From Bacteroidales bacterium UBA1628 (lineage in GTDB: Bacteria; Bacteroidota; Bacteroidia; Bacteroidales; UBA932), in assembly GCA_002321335.1 (NCBI GenBank), contig DCMG01000006.1, positions 267-64,266 on the forward strand: a stretch of DNA of 64,000 nt, written 5' to 3'. Shown here piece by piece: positions 9,974 through 19,509 of this stretch; within the stretch, counting starts at the first letter, position 1, and every line of letters begins with the position of its first letter. The translations under genes and the position numbers were made by a program. The notes under the pieces were generated by a model. The model saw nothing but the letters and a program-made list of their open reading frames with translations. It did no database searches and had not been told where the DNA came from.

Positions 9974-12900
9974 CTAGAATGTTATCTTGACGTTGAACAA
10001 AATCTTTCTCGCTGCCGGAGCTATGCTTGAATTGGACGCGCCTCCGGTGGTCACGGACGAGTACATGGAATCACCGGAGCCGGTTCCCATGCCGGTCTCA
10101 GGGCTGATGGAGCCGGACACGCCGGTCCAGTAGTGTAGGGTGTTGCCGGTCACTCCTACGGTGAGTTTCTTGATCCAGAGGCTCTTCACCCATTTCTCAG
10201 GGAAGTCGTAATAGATGGACACGTCTCTCAGACACAGATAGTCGGCTTTCTCGATGTTGAAGTCAGAGGCTCTTGAGAAGTTCCTGTTGCCATAGTCTGG
10301 GTCGTTCGGGAAGAATCTTGCATACTTGGCGTTCTTGTCTCCCGGGTAACGCCAGCAGTCATAGACCATCTTGTCAAGGTTGGCGTTGGAGTTTCCGAGG
10401 GTGTTCTGGAAGAAACGGGACTTCATGTAGTTGTAGATGGAGTGTCCCAGCGCATAATCAAGGTAGAACGAAAACGACAGATTCTTGTACTTGAAAGTGT
10501 TCATGACGCCGCCGATGGAGTGAGGCATCACATTTCCGAGGCAGTACATGTCTTCCGGATCGATCTGCTCTCTTCCGTCCGCTGTCTTCTTTGAACCTGG
10601 ACGGTTGCACCATTCGTAGTCTCCTGCATCTTTGCGTCCTGCTATCGACAATCCATCCGACCTTCTGTAGCCGTGCGACTGACTGTCGTACAACGCGGCG
10701 GCGGCCTCCGCGTCAGTCTGGAGGATATGTGAGATCTTGTATCCCCAGATGCGCCCCAGAGGCTCTCCGACGGCTGTGCCTCCGAAACGCTCTCCGCTTT
10801 CCGACATGGTGTAGCCCCCGATCCTCCATGCGTCCTTGCCGGCAAGGTCGGTGTACTTGTACTCGTCCGGAAGGGAAAGCACCTTGTTTTTATTGAATGA
10901 ATATGTCAGGCCGGTCGTCCATGAGAAATTCCTTGTCTGGACATTGACGGAGTTAACCTCGATTTCGAAGCCGTAGAATCTTGCGCTGCCGACATTGGCT
11001 TTCACGGATCCGAGCGAGCCGGTGTCCGGAAGAGTGATGCTGAAGAGCATATCGTCGGTTCTCTTGTTGTAGTAGTCCATAACGATGCGGAGGCGGTCGT
11101 TGAAGAATCCTAGGTCAAGGCCTAGGTCAAGCTGTGTGGTGGTCTCCCACTTCATTCCCTTGTTCTGCATAGTGGACGGAAGCAGGGTCGAATTACCGGC
11201 GTACAGAGAGGATGAGAATGCTCCGTAAGTGTCGTAGAGGCCGATTCCATTGTTTCCGGTCTGGCCGTAAGAAGCGCGGAACTTGAATGTGTTCATGACA
11301 TCCCTGTTCACATTCCAGTAAGGTTCCTCGGTGATGATCCAGGCGAATGAGCCGGCAGGGAAGAATCCCCATCTGTTGCCGGCGGCGAATTTGGATGAAC
11401 CGTCTGCCCTGACCGTGGCCGAAAGGATGTACCTGTTGTCAAAGTTGTAGTTGACACGCCCGAAGTACGAAATCAGCACCTGTTTGGTGTCTTGGTTGGA
11501 AGCCGTGAAATTGACACCTGAATCAAGGATCGGCACCTTGTCGGAGACTGAGCCGGTGGCTTTTGCGTTCAGGTACCAGTACCTCCATGATATGTAGTCA
11601 TAGCCGGCTGTGGCACTGAGAGTATGTCTGTTCAATGTCTTGTCATAACTCAGGTAGGCTGTGAACGAGTCTTTAAGCGTCTCTGTCCTGGTTTCTATGG
11701 TGGTGCGTTCGGTGGTGATGTAGTTCGGTGTGTTGCCTACCTGGCCATAGGTATAGTAGCTGCCTCTGTAATTGTCATCGAACACAGCGTATTGTGCTGT
11801 GGCCTTGAGGCCGTCGAGGATGCTCCATACGAGCTTGAAGTTGCCACCGAAACGGTTCTGGGCCATTTCCCTATCGTGGAAAGCCTCGTAGAACGATGCC
11901 GATTGTTGGTTTCTGTTGGTTCCTCCGGTCGCCCACCTTCCGTCCTCGTAGAATTCCTTGTTGGTAGGGCTCATCATGAGACCTCGTCCGAGGGCATCGA
12001 AATAGCTGCCGGTCAACGGGTTCTTGACAGATCTGGAGAAGTCGAAAGTCGTGGAGGCCTCCAGATTTTTGGTGATGTTGAATGATGTGTTGCCATGCAT
12101 GGTGAACAGTTTGTAGCCGCTCATCGCCACCATTCCGTCATCTTGAAGGTAACTTACGGACGCGGCGTACTTCATGTTCTGGGAACCTCCGTTCACCCCG
12201 ATGTATTCCTTGTGCCAAAGAGCGTTGGTAAACCATTTGCTCTGCCAGTCCGTGTCGGTGAATGTCAGCACCTTGTTCGGATCGACAGGATCGTACATCC
12301 ACAGCCAACCGGCTTGCAGTTCCTCGCCTTTCTCCATGTATCTGGTCGTGTAGATGTCGGTGTCCTTGTTGCCGGTTCCGGCCGCATTGGCTCCATCCAG
12401 AATCAACTGTCCGTTAGGACCTTGCGCGATCGCCGGGCGGACAAACGACAAGAATTCCTTGGCGTTCATCAGATCCCATCTGCGGGAAGGAGACGACCAG
12501 CCGACCTGCGCGTCGAAAGTGATTCTTGGCTTCTCCCAGGAGTTGCCTTTCTTGGTCGTCACGAGGATGACACCGTTTGAGGCCCGGGCTCCGTAGATGC
12601 CGGCAGAGGCCGCGTCCTTCAAAACCTCGATGGACTCGATGTCGTTAGGGTTGAGGTCGTCCATGTCCCTGGTCACACCGTCCACGATGACGATCGGGTC
12701 GTTGCTCAGGGTGATTGACGATCCTCCTCGAATGAGAAATCTCGGGGCGTTACCGGAAACAGTGTTGTTTGAGGCTACCCTGAGGCCTGTCACCTTGCCC
12801 TTGAGCGCATCTCCGACCGAAGAGACGGGGGCTGCGTAGATGCTGTTTCCGTCGACCTTTGAGATAGAGGTTGTCAAAGTCTTGCGGGACTGTGTGCCGT

Positions 12901-13528
12901 AACCCACAACCACCACGTCGTCAAGTATATTCGCATCCTCTGATATGGTCACGTCGATCGCCCTGCGTCCTCTCACACTCTCCTCGCGGCTCTTGAAGCC
13001 GATGAATGAATATTCCAGGACAGCGTCTGGGTTGACTTCGATGGAATATTTCCCGTCAAGGTCGGTGGTGGTGCCAGAGGCCGTGCCTTTGATCATGACT
13101 CCCGCCCCTGCAAGTGGCTCTCCGCTCGAGTCGGTCACGGTGCCAGTCACTGTGATGGCTTTCCCTGACTTGCCGGTCTGAGGCTGCTCGTAGGTCAGCA
13201 CGACGGTGCTGTTCATCATCTTGTAATGGAATCCGGAAACCTGCCTTCCGAAAACGTCATCCAGAATCGATGTCAATGATGCGTCTTTGGCCTCGATTCT
13301 GATGTCGCCCATCGGTCTCTGCGCCAAATCCGATTCGTAGGAGAAGAGGACTCCTGTTTTTTTCGTGAACTCGTCGGTGAACGATTTCACGGTGGCAGAT
13401 TTGACAGTCAGGCTGAGATTGTAGGATTTCCTTGCCGTGCTCTGCGCGGACGATGTCAGCGAGAAACCGAGACAGACGGTCAGAACAGCCGCAAGGACAC
13501 CCAGTCTTGAAAAGATAGAATGTCTCAT
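9974..13528 (-). CDS. SusC/RagA TonB-dependent transporter with N-terminal signalling (STN) extension
   Basis: DVVVVGYG, NPNDIESIEVLKDAASAGIYGARASNGVILVTTKKG, RADGSSKF, C-terminal F; the extra N-terminal domain fits FecR coupling. Confidence 0.96.
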   Translation of the reverse strand: MRHSIFSRLGVLAAVLTVCLGFSLTSSAQSTARKSYNLSLTVKSATVKSFTDEFTKKTGVLFSYESDLAQRPMGDIRIEAKDASLTSILDDVFGRQVSGFHYKMMNSTVVLTYEQPQTGKSGKAITVTGTVTDSSGEPLAGAGVMIKGTASGTTTDLDGKYSIEVNPDAVLEYSFIGFKSREESVRGRRAIDVTISEDANILDDVVVVGYGTQSRKTLTTSISKVDGNSIYAAPVSSVGDALKGKVTGLRVASNNTVSGNAPRFLIRGGSSITLSNDPIVIVDGVTRDMDDLNPNDIESIEVLKDAASAGIYGARASNGVILVTTKKGNSWEKPRITFDAQVGWSSPSRRWDLMNAKEFLSFVRPAIAQGPNGQLILDGANAAGTGNKDTDIYTTRYMEKGEELQAGWLWMYDPVDPNKVLTFTDTDWQSKWFTNALWHKEYIGVNGGSQNMKYAASVSYLQDDGMVAMSGYKLFTMHGNTSFNITKNLEASTTFDFSRSVKNPLTGSYFDALGRGLMMSPTNKEFYEDGRWATGGTNRNQQSASFYEAFHDREMAQNRFGGNFKLVWSILDGLKATAQYAVFDDNYRGSYYTYGQVGNTPNYITTERTTIETRTETLKDSFTAYLSYDKTLNRHTLSATAGYDYISWRYWYLNAKATGSVSDKVPILDSGVNFTASNQDTKQVLISYFGRVNYNFDNRYILSATVRADGSSKFAAGNRWGFFPAGSFAWIITEEPYWNVNRDVMNTFKFRASYGQTGNNGIGLYDTYGAFSSSLYAGNSTLLPSTMQNKGMKWETTTQLDLGLDLGFFNDRLRIVMDYYNKRTDDMLFSITLPDTGSLGSVKANVGSARFYGFEIEVNSVNVQTRNFSWTTGLTYSFNKNKVLSLPDEYKYTDLAGKDAWRIGGYTMSESGERFGGTAVGEPLGRIWGYKISHILQTDAEAAAALYDSQSHGYRRSDGLSIAGRKDAGDYEWCNRPGSKKTADGREQIDPEDMYCLGNVMPHSIGGVMNTFKYKNLSFSFYLDYALGHSIYNYMKSRFFQNTLGNSNANLDKMVYDCWRYPGDKNAKYARFFPNDPDYGNRNFSRASDFNIEKADYLCLRDVSIYYDFPEKWVKSLWIKKLTVGVTGNTLHYWTGVSGSISPETGMGTGSGDSMYSSVTTGGASNSSIAPAARKILFNVKITF

Positions 13529-13559
13529 TTCTTTGATCAGTTAATTTGTTTTTATGGTA

Positions 13560-14561
13560 TTAGTCAATATTCGTGTTATCCTGCCCGCTGATTGTCAGGT
13601 TGGCTCCTGTGAGTTCCTGGACGGTCTCCACGAGCTCGCTGACATTGTCGGTACGTTTGTAGTTGAGGTTGTATTTTCTGGTGGTGTCCACAGGAGCGTG
13701 CGTTGTGATCCTCACCCCGTACATTCGTTCGATGTGAGAGATGATGTCGCGGAGCGACACTTGCTGGAGAGCCACCTTGTTGTAATGCTGGACAATGTAA
13801 GGCACGGCTCCCATCGGTTCGACCGAAAGATCTCCCGTGCCGGTGTCGAACTCGGCCTTCTGGTCAGGGAAGAGCCGTACAAGCCCCACGCCCTCAGGGC
13901 TTTGCAGCCGCACCGAGCCTCTTTCCAGAAGCACGGACACCTTCCCGGAAATCTCATCGGCCTCGACACAGAACGCCGTTCCAAGCACTCTCACATCAAG
14001 CGATCCAGTCTTTACGATGAAAGGACGGGAAGTGTCACGGTGCACGTCGAAGTAGGCCTCACCGGTCAGTTTCACGATGCGTTCGGTGTTCCTCGCATCC
14101 GTGTTGAACAGGATCGATGACTTTGTTCCGAGCCATACTTTCGTGCTGTCGTCAAGCATTATGGCCGCCACGTCATCCGACGTGTTTGAATATGCGGTAT
14201 ATTCACAGTCTTTGGCATCCGCTCCTCCGAACCGGTGCACTCCGATTCCGATGATGAATATGGCCGCGGCGGAGGCTGCTGACATCCAAAGGATTCTGAA
14301 TATTCCTGCTTTCCGTTTATGTGTTGTGGTCTCCTCTTCGGAGTCAATCCTCGCGTTGAGCCGGGAAAGCATCCGTGAGGTTCGCTCGTCCTCGGACTTC
14401 AGAATGTACGAGGTCTTGCAGAGGGCAGACAGGGCAGCGAAGTCCTCTTTCCGCCTTGGATCTTCTTCCAACCAATGAATCAAAATATCTTTGTCAGAGT
14501 CATTTGCCTCTCCCCGTAGGTAACGTAGCGCCAGCCCGAGATATTCTTCAGGAAATTCCAT
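13560..14561 (-). CDS. FecR-family anti-sigma factor
   Basis: TM helix; LDDSTKVWL, LTGEAYFDV, VRVLGTAF and VLLERGSV. Confidence 0.92.
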   Translation of the reverse strand: MEFPEEYLGLALRYLRGEANDSDKDILIHWLEEDPRRKEDFAALSALCKTSYILKSEDERTSRMLSRLNARIDSEEETTTHKRKAGIFRILWMSAASAAAIFIIGIGVHRFGGADAKDCEYTAYSNTSDDVAAIMLDDSTKVWLGTKSSILFNTDARNTERIVKLTGEAYFDVHRDTSRPFIVKTGSLDVRVLGTAFCVEADEISGKVSVLLERGSVRLQSPEGVGLVRLFPDQKAEFDTGTGDLSVEPMGAVPYIVQHYNKVALQQVSLRDIISHIERMYGVRITTHAPVDTTRKYNLNYKRTDNVSELVETVQELTGANLTISGQDNTNID

Positions 14562-14702
14562 TTTGTTCGATATTAATTATGTCTTACGTTATAGATACAC
14601 ACTTGCCGGCAAAAACACCTAGTGGATAAATGAATATTTTAACGTTTGTTAAATAGACCGGATTTTTTGCCTCCAAGGTGGCCGCAAGTCGATTTTATTG
14701 AC

Positions 14703-14710
14703 TATTTTTG
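14703..14710 (+). promoter_or_regulatory. Bacteroidetes -7 promoter element for the ECF sigma gene
   Basis: TATTTTTG (TAnnTTTG) 19 nt before ATG 14729. Confidence 0.5.
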
Positions 14711-14728
14711 TGGCGTTCCGAGACCGTT

Positions 14729-15346
14729 ATGACAAGAGCAGACTTAATATCAGGAATACAAAAAGGCGACAGAGAGGCGTTCAATGATTTCTGCAAGGCA
14801 GAGTTGCCGGCTCTGATGTCGTACGCAAGGGTTTTCCTGCCGGATGAATGGGCGGATGACGCTGTCCAGGATGTTCTGTTCTCGTTCTGGAAAAACAGGG
14901 CCGGGATAATGGACGTCTCATCTGTCCGGAGTTATCTGATGAGGGCGGTTTACAACAGGGCGTTGAATTATCTTCGGAAAGAGAACCTGCTGAGGCAGTA
15001 CCGGGAATGGAACGACATGCGGATTGCCGTGCTGGGACTGGAGGGCGCCGATCCGGAAAGAAATCCAGTCATGCGCAACCTGTTCGAGGGGGATCTGAGA
15101 AAGAATCTGGAGGAGGCTATCTCCGGCTTGTCGCCTAAATGCCGCGAGGTCTTCATGCTAAGCTACATCGAGGATATTCCTAACAAGGACATCAGCGCGA
15201 AGCTAGGAATCTCGCTCAGCACGGTGGAGAACCACATCTATGCCGCCCTGAAGCAACTCCGGGCGGTCTTGGCCAAGGACAAGGCGCTGATGTTGTTCAC
15301 CTTGCTGCCTTACATGGGGGCACTTTTTCACGGTTTCCCGGATTGA
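14729..15346 (+). CDS. ECF-type RNA polymerase sigma-70 factor
   Basis: ADDAVQDVL, SYLMRAVYNRALNYLR and LSPKCREVF..S..E....KDIS..LGISLSTVENH; divergent from fecR. Confidence 0.93.
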   Translation: MTRADLISGIQKGDREAFNDFCKAELPALMSYARVFLPDEWADDAVQDVLFSFWKNRAGIMDVSSVRSYLMRAVYNRALNYLRKENLLRQYREWNDMRIAVLGLEGADPERNPVMRNLFEGDLRKNLEEAISGLSPKCREVFMLSYIEDIPNKDISAKLGISLSTVENHIYAALKQLRAVLAKDKALMLFTLLPYMGALFHGFPD

Positions 15347-15384
15347 CGTTCGCTGAACAAGTATATTCATAAAATTTTAGTAAT

Positions 15385-16323
15385 ATGAAAAGGTATATTC
15401 TTTTGGCGTCATTGCTGATTCCGGCTTCGCTAATGGCGCAGCCGGCCGCTTCCGGTCAGTACACCTACACCGGGGCTCCCGTGAACCTTACCGAGCACAC
15501 GTTCAAGTGCGACCATCTGCTCAAGCTTCAGGGCACCGACAAGGAGGCTTATCAGGGGATGGACATCTGGGGAGATTACATCTTCAGCTGCCAGAACTCC
15601 GGCTGGCTGACCGTCTATAAGATTGACGGTGAGAAGATCACGAGGGAGTGCAAGCCGTTCAAGCTTGCCAGCTACGACAAGGTGAACCATGCCAATGTGG
15701 CCACGTTCGGGCGCACGTTCTATGACAAGGAAGACCGTTTCCCTCTCCTGTACGTCAGCCAGTGCAACAGGAACCCGATCAACGGCCGCAAGGATGTGCT
15801 TTACGTCGAGCGTGTCGCCAACGACCTGAAGTCCTCCGAACTGGTGCAGACGATCTATTTCAAGGACACCGACCATCTTTTCGGCTATGCGCTTCAGTGG
15901 GTCATCGATCCGGACAACAATTATCTTTACGGCTACGGCAACACCGTTGACAACACCAACGCCCTGAACCGTCACCGCATCGTGAAGTTCCGCATCCCGA
16001 AACTTAATGAGTCCACGGACGGACTCGTGACCTTGACCAAGGACGACCTGCTTGAGAATTATCTCATCGAGGACACCTACCAGACCCACTTCAATCCGAT
16101 CGGCCAGGGGCTTTTCATCAAGAACGGCCAACTTTTCATGCCTACCGGCTTCGGCAAGGAGAAGCAGCCGTCAATCCTCTATGTCTGGAATCTGAACACC
16201 CGCACCATGCAGAATGTCATCGACTTGAGGGAGGCCACCTTCGGCGAGCTCGAGGACTGCGCCTACTACAGGGGCGACCTCTACATTCAGGCACAGGGCG
16301 ACCTGTTCAGAATTAAATTCTGA
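15385..16323 (+). CDS. Secreted hypothetical protein, probably beta-propeller
   Basis: Signal peptide; repeated QG-type blade motifs (YQGMDIW, GQGLFI, ELED); strong host-like codon usage. Confidence 0.6.
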   Translation: MKRYILLASLLIPASLMAQPAASGQYTYTGAPVNLTEHTFKCDHLLKLQGTDKEAYQGMDIWGDYIFSCQNSGWLTVYKIDGEKITRECKPFKLASYDKVNHANVATFGRTFYDKEDRFPLLYVSQCNRNPINGRKDVLYVERVANDLKSSELVQTIYFKDTDHLFGYALQWVIDPDNNYLYGYGNTVDNTNALNRHRIVKFRIPKLNESTDGLVTLTKDDLLENYLIEDTYQTHFNPIGQGLFIKNGQLFMPTGFGKEKQPSILYVWNLNTRTMQNVIDLREATFGELEDCAYYRGDLYIQAQGDLFRIKF

Positions 16324-16350
16324 TTTCCCGCGGAATAAGCCTGAATAACA

Positions 16351-16399
16351 AAGAATCCCGCTTGCAGAGGAACAAAGTCCTTCCGCAAGCGGGATTCTT
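16351..16399. terminator. Bidirectional terminator between convergent genes
   Basis: Perfect 15-bp arms AAGAATCCCGCTTGC / GCAAGCGGGATTCTT. Confidence 0.8.
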
Positions 16400-16423
16400 G
16401 AATATTCACACCTTCGGTGTCTG

Positions 16424-16858
16424 TCAGCGTTTCCCTTTGAAGAAATCCACCATCAGGGCGGAGCATTCCTCTGCAAGGACACCTGCCTGAACCTGGGTCT
16501 TAGGGTGGAGCAGGGAAGGGGAGTATAATGAATATCCTCTCTTGGGATCCAGCGCTCCATAGACGATGCGGCCGATCTGCGCCCAGTTCAAGGCGCTTGA
16601 GCACATCGTGCAAGGCTCCACGGTGACATAGAGAGTGCAGTCGTTGAGGTATTTCCCGCCGACGGCCTCTGTCGCTGCCGTGATGGCGATCATCTCGGCG
16701 TGGGCGGTGGGATCATGCAGCCTTTCGGTCATGTTGTGTCCTCTGGCTATGATCCTGCCCCGGCACACGATGACCGCCCCGACGGGAATCTCGTCTTCCT
16801 CAAAGGCCAGACGTGCCTCCTTGAGAGCCTCCGTCATGTATTTATCGTCTAAATCCAT
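16424..16858 (-). CDS. tadA: tRNA adenosine deaminase
   Basis: EIPVGAV, PTAHAE and TVEPCTMC. Confidence 0.9.
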   Translation of the reverse strand: MDLDDKYMTEALKEARLAFEEDEIPVGAVIVCRGRIIARGHNMTERLHDPTAHAEMIAITAATEAVGGKYLNDCTLYVTVEPCTMCSSALNWAQIGRIVYGALDPKRGYSLYSPSLLHPKTQVQAGVLAEECSALMVDFFKGKR

Positions 16859-16894
16859 ACTTTTCTTTAATGAATATGCCGCTTCGGCGGAAAC

Positions 16895-16922
16895 AAAAAA
16901 GACAGGTCGTGAAGACCTGTCT
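16895..16922 (-). terminator. Intrinsic terminator after rpmH
   Basis: GACAGGTC-GTGAA-GACCTGTC preceded by AAAAAA (U-tract on the minus strand). Confidence 0.8.
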
Positions 16923-16943
16923 GTAAACGTCAGACTGACCGGA

Positions 16944-17096
16944 TTACCACCTGTCCTCAGATGATACTGTCAGCTTCTTGCGTCCGTGGCGGCGACGGGA
17001 AGCGAGTACGCGGCGACCGTTGGCGGTGGCCATTCTCTCACGGAATCCGTGCTTGTTCACGCGCTTGCGTCTGGATGGTTGAAATGTCCTTTTCAT
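16944..17096 (-). CDS. rpmH: 50S ribosomal protein L34
   Basis: [22 protein letters not shown]...GRKKLTVS, 50 aa; start corrected from the ORF track. Confidence 0.98.
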   Translation of the reverse strand: MKRTFQPSRRKRVNKHGFRERMATANGRRVLASRRRHGRKKLTVSSEDRW

Positions 17097-17131
17097 ATCT
17101 ACTAATTTTTTATATATTCCAAAACGGACTG

Positions 17132-17162
17132 CAAATTTAATCCTTTTGCCCGTAATTTCAAA
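17132..17162 (-). promoter_or_regulatory. Bacteroidetes sigma-A promoter of rpmH
   Basis: Minus strand TTTG-N19-TAAATTTG, matching the -33/-7 consensus. Confidence 0.8.
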
Positions 17163-17265
17163 ATATTTTTGTATCTTGGATTCACATTGAACTGACGGAA
17201 TATTCATAATAAGCGGCAAGAAACAGGTTGCCGCTTATCCGCAAAGATTTTTTGACTGTCGCTGA

Positions 17266-17757
17266 ATGGAAAATTTTGTTGTCGATAACGATGAGTTCTT
17301 CGGAACGGTCATCGCCTTGCTGCGGGAAGGAAAGAATGTCACGATTCCCGCGAAAGGGGAGAGCATGCTTCCGTTCATAGTGGGCGGGATTGACTCTGTG
17401 GTTCTAGAGGGTGTCGAAGGCGGCACTCCGGAAGGCTCTGCCCTTAGGGCCGCCAATGTCGGCGATGTTGTACTTTTTCAGGCTGACGGCAGGTTCATCC
17501 TTCACAGAATCATCGGCAAGGACAACGATAAGGCTCTGATTCAGGGTGACGGCATCCTCAAGTCAAAGGATCTTTGCCCTTGCGACCGGATTTATGGCCG
17601 GGTGACCACCGTGCTGAAGGGAGGCGGCGCGCCCGTTGATGTCGATTCGCCGTCTTACCGCAGAAAAATATGGCTTTGGATGCACACCGTGTCTCTCCGC
17701 AGGATCCTTCTCGGCGTCTGGAAGCGTCTGTTCTTCAAGCGGCCTGTAAGAAGGTAG
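17266..17757 (+). CDS. S24/S26-family (signal-peptidase/LexA-like) peptidase
   Basis: KGESMLPFI (Ser), GDVVLF, ILHRII (His), QGD and IYGRV; basic amphipathic C-terminus. Confidence 0.8.
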   Translation: MENFVVDNDEFFGTVIALLREGKNVTIPAKGESMLPFIVGGIDSVVLEGVEGGTPEGSALRAANVGDVVLFQADGRFILHRIIGKDNDKALIQGDGILKSKDLCPCDRIYGRVTTVLKGGGAPVDVDSPSYRRKIWLWMHTVSLRRILLGVWKRLFFKRPVRR

Positions 17758-17769
17758 TAGCGCGCATTC

Positions 17770-19401
17770 CTATCCGAGTCTGAGCGCCGACGAGCAGATG
17801 GCCGCGATTTCCTCTCTGTGGGTGATCACAATCAGCGTTTTGCCTTTAGCCTTTGCCTTCAGCCGTTCAATAAGGACTTTCTCCGTCTCGACATCCAGTG
17901 ACGAGGACGGCTCGTCCAGAAGCAGAACTCCTCCGGGCCTGAGCAGCCCCCTTGCTATGGCTATCCTTTGCGCCTGCCCTTCGCTGAACCCGGCGCCTTT
18001 CTCTCCGCATCTGCTGTCCAGTCCCTCGGGTGTTTCCATGACGAAATCCGCTGTCGCGGCGTGAAGCGCCGAAACCAGTTCCTCGTCCGTCGCCTCGGGA
18101 TTCCCCATCTTCAGGTTGTCCCGCACCGTGCCGCTGAACAACGTGTTGCCCTGAGGCACATAGGACAGATTGCACCTTGTGGCCTGTGACGCAGGTGTCT
18201 CACTGCCATATTCATTGTAAAACACGATTCTGCCGCTGTCAGGAGTGGCAAGTGCCAGAATCAGACGCATCAAGGTCGTCTTTCCTATTCCAGTCTTTCC
18301 TAAAATCGCGGTCTGGCTGCCGGGGGTGAAATCATATGAGAGGTCACTGAATATCCTTTGTTCATCCTCCGGGTAGGAGAAGGTCAGGTTCTCTATGCGT
18401 ATGCCGGTTTTGCCTTCAAGCCGTACTGGATTCTCTTCCGGCTCGGCGGGTTCGTTGAAAAGTTCCGCAAGCCGCTCGGCGGAAGTCATCGCCCGGATGA
18501 ACGCCGGAACCTGACGGCTCAGTTCGACGGTAGGATTCTGAATCTGTGCGACAAGCTGAAGAAACGCTGTCATCGTGCCGAACGTTATGGCACCGCTTTG
18601 GATTCCGAATATCCCCCAGAGAAACGCGGTCACATAGCCTGCCGCAAAGCCCGTCTGAACCATCATCCGCGAGAACAGCGAATAGTCCGTGTAGCGCATC
18701 ACCTTGCCTAGAAGAGCCGACTGAAGGGAGTCCAGCTCCGAGACCGAATATGGCGTGTATTCCAAGGATCGAAGCAGCAGCCTGTTCTGAACGCTCTCCT
18801 GAATATGCGACTGGACAGCGCTTTCCTCTGACCTTATCCCTCGGGTAAGCCGCCTCATTCTGCGTACATAGCTTTTGCTCAGCAGCAGGGCGGCCGGCAT
18901 GATGAACAGCAACGCCATGGCCAGCCGGACATCCATCATGGTGAGAATGTAAAGCGCGCCGATCAGTTGGCTCGCCGTCACCATGGTCATAGGCACTCCG
19001 TCGCACAGGATTTCCGCCACGGTCGTCACATCATCGATCATCCTGTTGAGTATGTCCCCGGAATGTTTGGCTTGATGTCCGTCCCAGCGGATTCTCATCA
19101 GATGGTCGAAAAGGTCATGTTGCAACCTGTTGGCAAGCCTCGCCTCTGTCTTCCTGCTCAGCCTTGCACTGATTTGTGACAGGACCATCCTGAGTGCCAT
19201 GCACCCGATCATCAGCGGGATAAGAACAGCCAATTCCCCGCCTCCCTGCCTTGTGACGTTGTCGATGATTTCCTTGCAGATCCAGACACTTGCCAATGAG
19301 ACCGCGACCCTCGCCATTCCTATCAGTCCCGCGCACAAAATCCGCGAGCGGAAAGTTTCCGAGGCTCTCCAAAACCACACTATGCCGTCTTTGACCTGCA
19401 T
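17770..19401 (-). CDS. ABC exporter, fused permease/ATPase, no C39 domain
   Basis: TM helices; GKTGIGKT, FSEGQAQR, LLLDEP and ITHR. Confidence 0.93.
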   Translation of the reverse strand: MQVKDGIVWFWRASETFRSRILCAGLIGMARVAVSLASVWICKEIIDNVTRQGGGELAVLIPLMIGCMALRMVLSQISARLSRKTEARLANRLQHDLFDHLMRIRWDGHQAKHSGDILNRMIDDVTTVAEILCDGVPMTMVTASQLIGALYILTMMDVRLAMALLFIMPAALLLSKSYVRRMRRLTRGIRSEESAVQSHIQESVQNRLLLRSLEYTPYSVSELDSLQSALLGKVMRYTDYSLFSRMMVQTGFAAGYVTAFLWGIFGIQSGAITFGTMTAFLQLVAQIQNPTVELSRQVPAFIRAMTSAERLAELFNEPAEPEENPVRLEGKTGIRIENLTFSYPEDEQRIFSDLSYDFTPGSQTAILGKTGIGKTTLMRLILALATPDSGRIVFYNEYGSETPASQATRCNLSYVPQGNTLFSGTVRDNLKMGNPEATDEELVSALHAATADFVMETPEGLDSRCGEKGAGFSEGQAQRIAIARGLLRPGGVLLLDEPSSSLDVETEKVLIERLKAKAKGKTLIVITHREEIAAICSSALRLG

Positions 19402-19509
19402 GAATATAAAAGGTTAAGTTTCAGGCTAGCCACGAGCGAAGCACGTTCTCTTTTGGAACGCGTGGTTGCTTATTTGCTTCGCCCGTAATTCCGCACATAC
19501 CAAATGTGC

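Noticed and set aside
11110..11131. CCTAGGTCAAG direct repeat in susC
   Set aside because: Encodes the usual LDLGLDLG beta strand
15430..16131. Long antisense ORF (also 11624-12580, 29585-30124, 35872-36429)
   Set aside because: Shadow ORFs produced by strong codon bias of the opposite-strand genes
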